The position numbers were made by a program, and so were the translations under genes. Shown one piece after another: positions 17,326-27,296 of a stretch of 64,000 nt of DNA. The number at the start of each line of letters is the position of its first letter. Position 1 is the stretch's first letter. The notes beneath the pieces were generated by a model. That model did not search any database. It was not told the DNA's origin and worked only from the letters and a program-made list of their open reading frames with translations. The stretch comes from a virus (lineage: Duplodnaviria; Heunggongvirae; Uroviricota; Caudoviricetes): IMG/VR virus record IMGVR_UViG_3300042934_000212, one strand, 5' to 3'.

Positions 17326-18109
17326 TAGTTAATGTACTGTCAAAGTTTCGATTCTCTGGTGTACCGTTACTGTTAGTGTAGCCATGTGGATTACATAAGA
17401 CACGAGTTTCGCCAATCATATAATCATGGGAAGAATGTACATGTCCGTGTAACCAGAAGTCTACACCTAAACTGTCAACGAAGTAATCCATATTAGAACA
17501 GTAACAACCGTTCAGATTATCGTCTTTAAAAAACGGGTCAACACTACCAAAGCTAGGAGCGTGGTGCGTCATTACCACCGTTTTAAAATTATCGCACGTT
17601 TCGCGTTGATTGTCAAGACAATTTTGCAAAAAAGTTTTAGTTTTATAATGCAAAAATTCCAGATCATCAGGGTTAACTTTACGCTGCCAGTACTGCTCCG
17701 GTGGTCCAGTCCTGATGTACTTATAATCGTTCATCCCAAGCTGTGCCTGGAGTTTAGTGATTGGGTTCGACTTATCATAGTCAGTCCACAAAGTGCCACC
17801 CAACACAAGAACATCCCCGAACATACGGAAATCATTATCAAGAAAATGAAAGTTACTGAATTCTTCTTCAAACGCTTTAAGTACACGATGTGACTTATTA
17901 AAGTTAGAGAAGTAATATTCATGATTACCACTAACCATGACAACTTCAGCATACTTTTCAGTCATTACCGAAATCATTTCACGGTACTTACCAGTGCGTC
18001 GGCTTTCATGTATATCACCAGGTACAAGAAGAATCGTATCTTTCTGCACTTCCTGATTTTCCATGAATCCGATTTCACCATGTAAATCAGAGATAATTGT
18101 AAATTTCAT
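17315..18109 (-). CDS. metallophosphoesterase (calcineurin-like)
   Basis: 264 aa. DLHG, GDIHE, GNHEY and GHVH motifs in MPE order. Confidence 0.7.
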   Translation of the reverse strand: MKFTIISDLHGEIGFMENQEVQKDTILLVPGDIHESRRTGKYREMISVMTEKYAEVVMVSGNHEYYFSNFNKSHRVLKAFEEEFSNFHFLDNDFRMFGDVLVLGGTLWTDYDKSNPITKLQAQLGMNDYKYIRTGPPEQYWQRKVNPDDLEFLHYKTKTFLQNCLDNQRETCDNFKTVVMTHHAPSFGSVDPFFKDDNLNGCYCSNMDYFVDSLGVDFWLHGHVHSSHDYMIGETRVLCNPHGYTNSNGTPENRNFDSTLTIEV

Positions 18110-18482
18110 CCATACACCTTAAATATTCTTCAATCTGCTCGATTGGTTTTGGCTCAACCGTAATGTACTTGTAAGGTGTAATATTTCGTGATGGACTACG
18201 AAGCTCATTGCCACAATACAAAGTTGCTAAATTAAACGGAGTATCCTCTAATCTATGTAGCATTGTACCACGAATCCATGATTTGTCAAGCTGATTGTTG
18301 CTATATCTGTTCTTAAGTGTGATAAACGAGTCTGCATCGTTAAAATGCTGCATCATTATCAGATGACTTTCGAGAAGAAATCTACGATCAACGTACTGGT
18401 TAATAGATGAACTATCTATCCAACTTTTATAAGGGGAGACGAAAACCGTCCTCCCCAAAATAGATTCACAATAAATTAACAT
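18087..18482 (-). CDS. hypothetical protein
   Basis: 131-aa ORF between ligase and phosphoesterase. Confidence 0.4.
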   Translation of the reverse strand: MLIYCESILGRTVFVSPYKSWIDSSSINQYVDRRFLLESHLIMMQHFNDADSFITLKNRYSNNQLDKSWIRGTMLHRLEDTPFNLATLYCGNELRSPSRNITPYKYITVEPKPIEQIEEYLRCMDEIYNYL

Positions 18483-19894
18483 TCCAACTTCGCTAGTTTC
18501 TCGCGTAGAACATGTACAGCAGATTCTTTAATCTCTAAGATACGCTCATAAGTATCAGCAGTATTTTTATCGAAACGGAATTCAACAAATACAGGTAAGA
18601 AGATACTCATTTTTCCAGTACGTTTATCTTTCGTTAGTGAAGTACTTTCAGCAGTTACGATTGCACCATCAATTTCATTCCAACGTTCCATCATTGTCAT
18701 TGGTGTCCATTCTGCATCTTTCTCTTTGAATCCAGTACCACAACCTACAACAATAATACCATCAGCAGATTCAAGAATTAACGAACCAATACCACCAGCA
18801 CGTTTACCTTCACCTGGATTATAACCAATAACGCGAAGATCAAACTGCATTTTCAACTTAAGTTTAAGTTGCTTAGGTGATGTATGTGATTTCCAAATAC
18901 CAGATTCACATTTAAGAATAGATCCTTCTTCACCCTTTTCAATCATTTCTGTATTGAAATCGAATGCCTGACCAATGTCGATACATTTTACATATTCAAC
19001 CATGCGAACGAATTCTGATTCTAAAGTACTGATAGCATTTTCAAGTAGTTCGCGACGTTCTTTACGCTCAACATCCCATAGACCATCTTTGAATGCATCG
19101 AATGGTAATACATCCCACAATACGAATACGACACGTATAGCTTCTTGTGGTGAAATAGAATCTTTACCAGCTTTCTGAATAATACCATTACCAGTTTCTC
19201 GGTTGAGAATTTTGCCATCATTATCGATAACAAGACATTCACCGTTGAATACAACACCACTTTCAAAACGAGAATCTAATGCTTGGACATTCTTAGCAAG
19301 CTGAACCATATCAGCATCTTTCATTCCTAAGAAGTCATACACCTTACCATTCCTGGAAGTACAAAGTAGTGAATCATTGACAACAGCACTGTTTAAGTAC
19401 TGTCCATCCATTTTCACTTCAGCAACTGCATATCCATGAGTTTTAAATGAAGTAATGTTTTGAACAGTTTTTTCATTAACCAATGAACAACGCATATATG
19501 GTTCATCTTTGATGAAACCTTTACCATATACATCATTAGCATTCTTTTCCTGAACACCACAGTCTAGATTCTTTAAAACTACTTTACGAAGTACTTCGGC
19601 ATCATCTTCAGATACAGAACCAAATAGTTCACCCAAGAATTGACGTGCAGCATTTCCCGTAACTTTGCGAGTATAGAGTGCATCAAGTGCATCAAGACCT
19701 TCGGACAAAGTTAGTGTTTTATCCGTTTCAATTGCATCAGGAAGTTTCTTAACACCACTGACAATAGAAGGCTCAAGTGCTAATTGGATTGCACGTTTGA
19801 GATCTACGTTATCAATATTTTCGGTGAGAATATCTTTCTTCGAATTAGTACTGGCTGTGTTTTTAATCTTTAAAATAATATCTAAAACTGACAT
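18476..19894 (-). CDS. 30: ATP-dependent DNA ligase (T4 gene 30-like)
   Basis: 472 aa. Adenylation motif AEVKMDG (KxDG). N-terminal region aligns by eye to T4 DNA ligase (ILKILN.., KKDIL..N.DN..LKR). Size similar to T4 gp30 (487 aa). Confidence 0.85.
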   Translation of the reverse strand: MSVLDIILKIKNTASTNSKKDILTENIDNVDLKRAIQLALEPSIVSGVKKLPDAIETDKTLTLSEGLDALDALYTRKVTGNAARQFLGELFGSVSEDDAEVLRKVVLKNLDCGVQEKNANDVYGKGFIKDEPYMRCSLVNEKTVQNITSFKTHGYAVAEVKMDGQYLNSAVVNDSLLCTSRNGKVYDFLGMKDADMVQLAKNVQALDSRFESGVVFNGECLVIDNDGKILNRETGNGIIQKAGKDSISPQEAIRVVFVLWDVLPFDAFKDGLWDVERKERRELLENAISTLESEFVRMVEYVKCIDIGQAFDFNTEMIEKGEEGSILKCESGIWKSHTSPKQLKLKLKMQFDLRVIGYNPGEGKRAGGIGSLILESADGIIVVGCGTGFKEKDAEWTPMTMMERWNEIDGAIVTAESTSLTKDKRTGKMSIFLPVFVEFRFDKNTADTYERILEIKESAVHVLREKLAKLEC

Positions 19895-19916
19895 TCAATT
19901 TCCTTATTACGGAGCC

Positions 19917-21155
19917 TTAGCCCCGTAGAGTGTAATAACCAACTTCAACTGTTTCTGGTAAATCAATAAGGTTTAGACGGGCTTTCCCACGACTATACCC
20001 ATAGTTATGAGTGTCAAATGGACTGTTGTAACCAATTAACGACTTACAACCATCATAATCAATGTTTGTGACAGGAATATTTGTTTCAGCAGTATATCCG
20101 AAAATTGGGCAAACTGCAAGTGATTCCGGTTCATAATCACTTCTGTAATTTCGTACTGAAAAGAATTCTTTTTGCGTGTTACGTGCAGTTGTATGTGTAC
20201 ACAAGTATCCGAAAATTTGATTGTCGCCAATTTTGTAAACTTTATTGATATTAACACAATTCACAATATCTAATGGAACTTCAACATATTCCATCTTTAA
20301 ATCTTCAGCCTTGAATGGCTTTAGATTAACACAAAAAGCACTGACGTAGTGAGGAACATAATTGTCGTAGTACATTTCATTAGAAACGGTTTCGTGGATA
20401 GTTTTGATTTGTTCATTCATTTCATGAACTACTTCATTCCTATCAATTCCATCGACATGTCCAGTTACAGTGAATCCATCAAACAACTTAGATACTGCAT
20501 AGTAACGTCCATCTTTTAAATCTTTAAGGATAAATCGTAAAGTACTTTTATCGTTAAGTTCAGCTACATTATTTTTATTATTACTGATAACGTGCATCTT
20601 ACCACAGAACACATAATTCCATGTTAGAGTTGGGCGGTAGTTGTTAGAAAATTCATAAACCATCCTAACCGTATCACCAATCTCAAGCTCTTTGGTTTTC
20701 TCAGCTTCAGCTTTCTTATGTTCTTCCTGCTCAATCAGACCAGCAAAAAGTTTTGTTTTCTGATTTACTAATTTCTTATTATGAGTGAAGAATAACGGAT
20801 CTTGAAACTCACCTTCGATAATAGTATTCGTCTCCAACAAATCACAAAGATTGTCTGAAGTAATTTCAAACTCAAAACCATCTGGATGCATAATTCGCCA
20901 TACCACGTTAGACGTACTGTAACGGCTCACATTCGTGACCATTCGGAATCCAGTACGTGGTTCATTACTTACGTAAATCGGCTCCATAGCGGGTGCTGTA
21001 CTGCTTCTGTATGGGGTAGCCCATTGGTCAGCTTTCTTCTTTGAGTTCTCAAACGCTTTAGTATGTTCTTTGTCTGCAACTACCATCCAGCCAAGTACTT
21101 CCTCGGCTGAACGATATACACGCGTAACATAGAACTTTGATGGTACTGCAACCAT
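19917..21155 (-). CDS. hypothetical protein
   Basis: 412-aa ORF, no motif recognised. Confidence 0.45.
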   Translation of the reverse strand: MVAVPSKFYVTRVYRSAEEVLGWMVVADKEHTKAFENSKKKADQWATPYRSSTAPAMEPIYVSNEPRTGFRMVTNVSRYSTSNVVWRIMHPDGFEFEITSDNLCDLLETNTIIEGEFQDPLFFTHNKKLVNQKTKLFAGLIEQEEHKKAEAEKTKELEIGDTVRMVYEFSNNYRPTLTWNYVFCGKMHVISNNKNNVAELNDKSTLRFILKDLKDGRYYAVSKLFDGFTVTGHVDGIDRNEVVHEMNEQIKTIHETVSNEMYYDNYVPHYVSAFCVNLKPFKAEDLKMEYVEVPLDIVNCVNINKVYKIGDNQIFGYLCTHTTARNTQKEFFSVRNYRSDYEPESLAVCPIFGYTAETNIPVTNIDYDGCKSLIGYNSPFDTHNYGYSRGKARLNLIDLPETVEVGYYTLRG

Positions 21156-21165
21156 GAAAGTTTCC

Positions 21166-21636
21166 TTATTTTGCTAGTGGTAGATATGCAATGGATTCAA
21201 ATACACCGAATGCGAACTTGCCATAAATGTCAAAGACTTCTAGCATTAGTGCTTCACGTTCTGGTGTGTCAGGTTTGGTAGACCGGATTAGACCCATATA
21301 TTCAATAGCATCTTCTGGCATAATAATACTGATACTCGTTAGTGCATTATTAATACCTGGCTCATAGAATGGTGCAAATGGTAGATAAACATCAGGATTG
21401 TGTTTAGCCCATACTTCCAAATTTTCTAGTAGTGTTACTAGATTATCATGCATACCACCAGTTAATACGATAGTAGTTTTATGATACTTAGCCCAATCAA
21501 AAATTACACACGCTTTATCAGACGTTGCAGAATTAGTCATTGGATATTTCACGAATAACTCAGCAGTACTGTGTTGTGTTTGAATGCCAGCATGAATACC
21601 AGCAGTGTACATATTTGTAATACTATAAAGACGCAT
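21166..21636 (-). CDS. hypothetical protein
   Basis: 156-aa ORF. Confidence 0.4.
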   Translation of the reverse strand: MRLYSITNMYTAGIHAGIQTQHSTAELFVKYPMTNSATSDKACVIFDWAKYHKTTIVLTGGMHDNLVTLLENLEVWAKHNPDVYLPFAPFYEPGINNALTSISIIMPEDAIEYMGLIRSTKPDTPEREALMLEVFDIYGKFAFGVFESIAYLPLAK

Positions 21637-22415
21637 TATGATTCCTTGATTGTAAATCCATACTCACTACCCCATTCATCTGGAACAATAGTATAGAACT
21701 TTATTAAATGTGTTTCATCATTCATTGTAGCAATTGTGAATTGACCACTTCTGAATTGTGTATCTAGCCAAACTCTATTACCAAATACCAACGGTTCTGT
21801 AACTCCAGTATGACCATGTATTACATAATCAACATCACGAATAACCGCTTCTAGTTTTTCTTTTTGCGGTACTTGATGATCATATACTGCATACTGAATC
21901 GCATCTCGATCCCAAATAAGTTGGTAACGATATTCACCACTATCTTCAGTCCATTGCTTAATTGTTTCCCAATCACTTACGTTTGAGTAGTGTGGGATTC
22001 CTGCATGTGCAATACCTAGTTTGTAACCCCTGTGGTTAACTTCAATTAGATATGGAACATCTTCTAGTAGTTTACAGAAGTGTGTGATACCTGGCTGACC
22101 AATTTCATCTAGAGTTTCTTGACCGCCATTATGTAGCCAGTTCAAATTCCACTCACGACTTGTTTGTGCACGAACCATCATATTCTCATGATTACCTAAA
22201 ACCATATGACGATTTTCTTTTGTAAGGAATTCGAATAACATCTTTGCATTATTCTTTCCACGGTCAACCAAATCACCAACGCTGATTAATACATCATCAT
22301 CAGTAATTCCCAATTCTTTTAATGTCTTTTCGAACAGACCGTAGTTTCCGTGAATATCACCAATTACAAATACACGTTTGTCATCAGGGATATTAAGTAC
22401 TTTTACATAGCTCAT
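21636..22415 (-). CDS. Ser/Thr protein phosphatase (PPP family, lambda-PPase-like)
   Basis: 259 aa. GDIHG, GDLVDRG and GNHE motifs in canonical order. Confidence 0.75.
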   Translation of the reverse strand: MSYVKVLNIPDDKRVFVIGDIHGNYGLFEKTLKELGITDDDVLISVGDLVDRGKNNAKMLFEFLTKENRHMVLGNHENMMVRAQTSREWNLNWLHNGGQETLDEIGQPGITHFCKLLEDVPYLIEVNHRGYKLGIAHAGIPHYSNVSDWETIKQWTEDSGEYRYQLIWDRDAIQYAVYDHQVPQKEKLEAVIRDVDYVIHGHTGVTEPLVFGNRVWLDTQFRSGQFTIATMNDETHLIKFYTIVPDEWGSEYGFTIKES

Positions 22416-22698
22416 TATCTTTCTCCACTTCCTTGTTTACTTCTTCGTCTTTCTTCTCACCAATAGGCATTAGATTCTTTGGTAAGTACATTGCAACTTC
22501 TCCATCAGATGCAACACACACCCACCAAGCAACAAAATCAGGTGGGAAATAATATGATTTACAATCAACTGGATCAAAATACCAATCCTGATTAGCGGGA
22601 ATAATTGATTTTAATTCTACACACTTACCATTATATGAAGTATGGGTGTGCAACCCAACCACTAATGCTAAAACACCAGGAGCTAATTCATTACTCAT
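22393..22698 (-). CDS. hypothetical protein
   Basis: 101-aa ORF. Confidence 0.35.
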   Translation of the reverse strand: MSNELAPGVLALVVGLHTHTSYNGKCVELKSIIPANQDWYFDPVDCKSYYFPPDFVAWWVCVASDGEVAMYLPKNLMPIGEKKDEEVNKEVEKDNELCKST

Positions 22699-23609
22699 TA
22701 CGCCACCTCATAAGGCTTAAGAACTTCAATGTTTTCGTTGAAGCGTTTAATGTAATCATCTTCACCAAATTTACGATACATAGAAATCACTGTATTAAAG
22801 TTCTCCCATGCGTATTCACGGAACCAGCCAGAAGTAATGCTACTACAAACCTTTACCAAAGCAGTTACAAAGCTCTGACGTGGGTCGATTTCAAAATTAT
22901 TAGGAATCTGCGAACGCTCCAACGCAAGCACACACGTTTCCTCATAAACACCCAAAAGTTTGATGTAATCATTTTGTGCAAAGAACTTCTCTTTACTGGT
23001 CATCACATCAGCACCATCTACTATGTAATTCATGTAAGCTGGTTTATCAGTAATCTTAATTGCTTCGTGAATGGTGTCATGGTCATAGATATAATCAACG
23101 CCATCTCCACTGAAGAATCCTGTCTTGCTCTGGTCAAGTACTGGATGCTTGTAGTTATATGTTTCTTTTTCACGCAATTTAAAGATTTCGTATAGTACTT
23201 GATCATCCATATTCGCACCTAATTTACGCATTTGCATAATATCACGCAACGTCTTCATAAAATGCGGTGAATTGCGTAAGTAACGATGCGACATTTTAAT
23301 TGCGTATAGTACATTTAAACCAGCCGTCTTAATTTCGTTATCTGCTTGACAATAATTAATTATCTGTTGAGTACTGTTATTATCATGTCCAATATAGATT
23401 TCCACATTGATATGATCATATGCATTTCGGATATGAACATAATCATCATTGAAGGTGTCAATCTTCATGTCAGGATATAACCGCATCCACGAGTTAATTA
23501 CTTTATCACATTCTTCACGATTCATCATTAAATCTAAATCAGATTCATGATTCATTGGTCGTGCTGGTTTAGCATATTCTTTATATGCAGTACTACCGAT
23601 AATTAACAT
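22698..23609 (-). CDS. hypothetical protein (weak NTase-like GS...DxD motif)
   Basis: 303 aa. N-terminal LIIGSTAY...SDLDLMM loosely resembles the minimal NTase motif. Confidence 0.4.
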   Translation of the reverse strand: MLIIGSTAYKEYAKPARPMNHESDLDLMMNREECDKVINSWMRLYPDMKIDTFNDDYVHIRNAYDHINVEIYIGHDNNSTQQIINYCQADNEIKTAGLNVLYAIKMSHRYLRNSPHFMKTLRDIMQMRKLGANMDDQVLYEIFKLREKETYNYKHPVLDQSKTGFFSGDGVDYIYDHDTIHEAIKITDKPAYMNYIVDGADVMTSKEKFFAQNDYIKLLGVYEETCVLALERSQIPNNFEIDPRQSFVTALVKVCSSITSGWFREYAWENFNTVISMYRKFGEDDYIKRFNENIEVLKPYEVA

Positions 23610-24262
23610 TAGTAATCCTCGTCGTAATCATTACCATCATAAGCATGGTTTTCAGAGATAAATTCAATTACATTTTCTAGAGATTTAGTTACATACACAT
23701 CACGTCGGCGATGCCACGAAATAATAGAAACCACCCATTCTTCACGATCAGTATCGAAGAACAAAGAATATGATCCATATTCAGATAAAGTGTATTCAAA
23801 AATACCAAACACTTTAATGTTAGGGCGTTCATCATCGATACCTTCAATAGTCTTCATATGTGGAAGTACTTTATTGATAATATCAATGGTTTGTTGATTT
23901 TTACTTTTATTGACGTACAACATTACCTTCAAACCCTGCTGTTGGATTGAAGGGTAGTAACCGCTAGGCCATAATCCCATGTCCTGCCAGAATTTCTCCT
24001 TAGCTTTATAGTGTTCCATACCTTTAGTATCGCCATCATTTTCAAGATAGAATGCAATACGTTGATCTTCTGACATTTCAGGATGATCCATTTCTTCACG
24101 TTCAATAGCAGCAAGCTTAGATTTCAAAGACTCAATTTCATTGTATAATGAAACTACTTTATTCTGCAAAGGTTCAATCTGTTCGAAAATTTCTTCACGT
24201 TCTTTCGTGAGTTCTTCGATTTTCATCTTTAGTGCATCTTTAAACATAGTATATCCTCTCAA
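23609..24262 (-). CDS. hypothetical coiled-coil protein
   Basis: 217 aa with N-terminal heptad-rich region. Confidence 0.4.
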   Translation of the reverse strand: MRGYTMFKDALKMKIEELTKEREEIFEQIEPLQNKVVSLYNEIESLKSKLAAIEREEMDHPEMSEDQRIAFYLENDGDTKGMEHYKAKEKFWQDMGLWPSGYYPSIQQQGLKVMLYVNKSKNQQTIDIINKVLPHMKTIEGIDDERPNIKVFGIFEYTLSEYGSYSLFFDTDREEWVVSIISWHRRRDVYVTKSLENVIEFISENHAYDGNDYDEDY

Positions 24263-24287
24263 TTAAAATGGGGAATAAAATTCCCCG
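24261..24287 (-). terminator. intrinsic terminator
   Basis: GGGG-aataaaatt-CCCC hairpin (24270-24286) followed on minus strand by ATTTTAATT, then the conserved TTGAGAGGA RBS of the next gene. Confidence 0.5.
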
Positions 24288-24291
24288 TCTG

Positions 24292-24534
24292 TTAGCAGAA
24301 ATCAGAACTGCTCATCCACTTACCGCTTTTACCGTATTGGTCAGCGTACCAATCATCTAGGTAAACGTAATTGTCATCATCTTCATTGCACATTTTAACG
24401 ATTTCAGAACCGGGATAGAAAGTTTGATCTAGTACTTCGAATAGCTCACCCTGTTCATTGGCAAGATCTTTACCTTCCTGAATTAGAGCACTAATTTCTT
24501 TTTCAATCTGTTTAATTGTACGTACTTTAGACAT
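24292..24534 (-). CDS. small acidic protein (paralog A)
   Basis: 80 aa; paralogous to 24545..24793 (shared C-terminal D..Y.D..G.W..SS..C). Confidence 0.4.
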   Translation of the reverse strand: MSKVRTIKQIEKEISALIQEGKDLANEQGELFEVLDQTFYPGSEIVKMCNEDDDNYVYLDDWYADQYGKSGKWMSSSDFC

Positions 24535-24544
24535 TTTATTTTCC

Positions 24545-24793
24545 TTAACAAGTCTGACTTGATGCTACCCAGCCACCTTGATCTGCATCAAGATAGTATT
24601 CGTCAACCAACCAAGAACCATCATCTTCATCTTGTAACATAGCTGGTGGGTAATATGTACCACCCATACCATAAGAAACATCTAGGGTGAATGAAATACC
24701 ATGTTCGTCGGCAATTGCAACTGCATCTGCAATAGCTTGATCAATTTTATTAACTGCTTCGTTTAGTAGTTGGTTTGCTTCTTTATTTGTCAT
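24545..24793 (-). CDS. small acidic protein (paralog B)
   Basis: 82 aa; paralog of 24292..24534. Confidence 0.4.
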   Translation of the reverse strand: MTNKEANQLLNEAVNKIDQAIADAVAIADEHGISFTLDVSYGMGGTYYPPAMLQDEDDGSWLVDEYYLDADQGGWVASSQTC

Positions 24794-24794
24794 A

Positions 24795-25028
24795 TTAATA
24801 ATCCTCGCGTTTCCAAGAGTCGTCGTACCAGGTAGACAACATTTCTTTTACTTGTTCAATTTCTTCGTCAGTTGTATCATCACTGAAAGCAGTCTGGTAT
24901 TCACATACTGGACAGTACCATTCCATTCCTTCATACAACTTAGATTTCACTACTTCAATTGTGTCATTGACGAATAGCTCAACGTAGCTATCACCAGATT
25001 CACTTTTAATATGCATTGCAATAATCAT
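24795..25028 (-). CDS. small hypothetical protein (CxxC pair)
   Basis: 77 aa, CPVCEY motif. Confidence 0.35.
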   Translation of the reverse strand: MIIAMHIKSESGDSYVELFVNDTIEVVKSKLYEGMEWYCPVCEYQTAFSDDTTDEEIEQVKEMLSTWYDDSWKREDY

Positions 25029-25291
25029 ACAATCACCAATTTTAGCTTTTTAGTTAGTACTGCATCTTCGAAACCGTCAACATAAATTTCAATAGTAGAT
25101 GAAGCTAACCATAAGCCCATATCAATATTTTTTCCTTCGTACTGTTTGATAAAATCTTCACCAAATACTTCAGGACGTAGTTTTACATTGTAGAAATAAA
25201 GGTCAGTCACACCGTGCTCATCCCAATTTTCCCATGATTCTAGTAGTGAGAATTCAATACCTGAATCTTCTTGTTCTGTTTTAATAGTCAT
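25025..25291 (-). CDS. small hypothetical protein
   Basis: 88-aa ORF, coupled. Confidence 0.35.
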   Translation of the reverse strand: MTIKTEQEDSGIEFSLLESWENWDEHGVTDLYFYNVKLRPEVFGEDFIKQYEGKNIDMGLWLASSTIEIYVDGFEDAVLTKKLKLVIV

Positions 25292-25293
25292 TA

Positions 25294-25656
25294 TTATCTC
25301 CGTATCACTTCAACACGTTTATCATTTCCATGCATACTGTACTTTGATTTATCTTGGTCTTCATCCCAACGCTTATTACAGCATTTACACTCAATAGTAA
25401 ACCAGTAACAATCCTGTGAACGATCATAGTTTCCAGTATCAGACTTAGGTTCAATAGTTACATATTCGTGAGAACATTCTTCTTGAAAACATAACTGTGC
25501 GTCTAATGCTCTTCCTAAATTTTCCTGTAATTTAAGGAATTCTTTTCTCTTTGCTGCAAATTCTTCACCAAGTTTATCAGCAGCCGTCTGATATTCCATA
25601 GCTGCTTCCTTTGAACTAAATTCACTACCGTCAGCAACTACATATATTTTTGTCAT
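25294..25656 (-). CDS. hypothetical Cys-rich protein
   Basis: 120 aa, multiple Cys (CFQEEC...C..C). Confidence 0.4.
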   Translation of the reverse strand: MTKIYVVADGSEFSSKEAAMEYQTAADKLGEEFAAKRKEFLKLQENLGRALDAQLCFQEECSHEYVTIEPKSDTGNYDRSQDCYWFTIECKCCNKRWDEDQDKSKYSMHGNDKRVEVIRR

Positions 25657-25856
25657 TATTTTTTCCTGTTTTTTCTATCTGACCAGTACTCTTTCAATAT
25701 CATTGGTAAGGATACAGGCCAAGTTAATGCAATTAGTGCCATAATACTAACACCAATAACACTATCCCAATCACGATTCCAAGTAGTAGCTCCGATAAAA
25801 ATAACCATCATCACTACTAGATATACCAAACTAATTTGTCCTAAAATTTCAATCAT
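25656..25856 (-). CDS. small membrane protein
   Basis: 66 aa, 2 TM helices. Confidence 0.35.
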   Translation of the reverse strand: MIEILGQISLVYLVVMMVIFIGATTWNRDWDSVIGVSIMALIALTWPVSLPMILKEYWSDRKNRKK

Positions 25857-25859
25857 ATA

Positions 25860-26048
25860 TCACTCATTTAACGCAAAATATATAACAATCACAGGCCAGA
25901 AGATTCCTGATAAAATAGATGCAAACGTACCTATCAACATCGGAATTAACCCATCAGAATCAAGTGTTAATTCAACTAACATATATCCAAATGTAACAAT
26001 CGCACCAATTACATATGCAATAGCTAGCATAATTAGAAAAATTGTCAT
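25860..26048 (-). CDS. small membrane protein
   Basis: 62 aa, 2 TM helices. Confidence 0.35.
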   Translation of the reverse strand: MTIFLIMLAIAYVIGAIVTFGYMLVELTLDSDGLIPMLIGTFASILSGIFWPVIVIYFALNE

Positions 26049-26278
26049 TTCTTTTCACCCGTAATCTTATCTTTAATTTTCACAAACCAGTACACAGGCC
26101 AGAATACAGCTAATAGACAAGCAATACCCATCATGAATATTGCAAAGACAAATACTAGTGGGTTGTCTTCACCCTCAATACCCATTTCCGTAATAACGTC
26201 ACCAAAAGTAATAATAGACATTACTACGTACAAAATACAGAATATTCCAACCCAAGATAAAATTTCCATTATTCCCAA
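26045..26278 (-). CDS. small membrane protein
   Basis: 77 aa, 2 TM helices; three consecutive small TM genes. Confidence 0.35.
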   Translation of the reverse strand: MGIMEILSWVGIFCILYVVMSIITFGDVITEMGIEGEDNPLVFVFAIFMMGIACLLAVFWPVYWFVKIKDKITGEKK

Positions 26279-26616
26279 CCTAAATGATAACGCCAGCCTT
26301 GTGAACCGAATGCATCATCCATATCACCAGCATTTAGCATATCGTACATGAAATCAATCTCACCAGAGATCATTTCACCATCAACTTTTTTACCAGCCGC
26401 AATGTCATCTAAAATTTCTGGTGTGATTGAAGCATAATTTACGAATAAATCTTCTTCTTCTGCACCATCATAATCATGATAATCATTATCATACTGAACA
26501 GTTAAATTATAGATAGTACGTAAATCCGCAGAAAATGCCGCACGTTCATCTGGATTAGCAATTACGCCATTGAATTCTAATTCACGTGTATAACGCCCAA
26601 AATTAAATTCACTCAT
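26269..26616 (-). CDS. hypothetical acidic protein
   Basis: 115-aa ORF. Confidence 0.4.
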   Translation of the reverse strand: MSEFNFGRYTRELEFNGVIANPDERAAFSADLRTIYNLTVQYDNDYHDYDGAEEEDLFVNYASITPEILDDIAAGKKVDGEMISGEIDFMYDMLNAGDMDDAFGSQGWRYHLGWE

Positions 26617-26876
26617 AGATATTTGTCCATTAGAAAATCATATACTTCTTTAATTGTTTTAGCTACATACCAGTCAACGAGTTCGTTTTCTTCGTCTTCA
26701 TCTTCTGGATGTTCATGAATTTCCACATGGAAATGACCTTGATAATCAACGTCAATTGAGAAAATAAGCTCACCGCATGTATTTTCTTCAACATCATCCA
26801 TCATGAAACAAACATATTCGAATTGTGCTGACTCATCGGCTTCTTCTGGAAACTTATAGGTAACTGCTTCAGACAT
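26613..26876 (-). CDS. hypothetical acidic protein
   Basis: 87-aa ORF. Confidence 0.35.
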   Translation of the reverse strand: MSEAVTYKFPEEADESAQFEYVCFMMDDVEENTCGELIFSIDVDYQGHFHVEIHEHPEDEDEENELVDWYVAKTIKEVYDFLMDKYL

Positions 26877-27032
26877 GACGCTTTCCTATTAGTAATAGAA
26901 CGATAAGTGATAGTAGTGGGGAGAATACAAGACCCACGAAAGACCATACTAGTACTGAACGGTTATTCTTTTGTGCAGTTGTGATTGTTAACATGAAAAG
27001 CACAATCCAAACGATTAGATATAAAAATCCCA

Positions 27033-27296
27033 TTATTCTTTCCCTACTGTAACGTGGCTTAGTACTGCTACAGTTTTAAATTCTTCTTCTGTATTGCCAT
27101 TAAGATCTACAATCTTAACTTTAAGACCTGATAGTGAATTGTTTGCGTGGTACTTTTCCATTAGGGCTTCATCAACGGTATCAGAAATAATCTCTACTTC
27201 TACGCCGGTACGTTCTGCAACGAACTTTGCAATTTCAACTGCTAGTGTAGTTTTACCTGAATGTACTTTATCTGATGTAATATTAACGGTAATCAT
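27033..27296 (-). CDS. small protein with P-loop-like motif
   Basis: 87 aa with VHSGKTTLA (Walker-A-like). Confidence 0.3.
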   Translation of the reverse strand: MITVNITSDKVHSGKTTLAVEIAKFVAERTGVEVEIISDTVDEALMEKYHANNSLSGLKVKIVDLNGNTEEEFKTVAVLSHVTVGKE

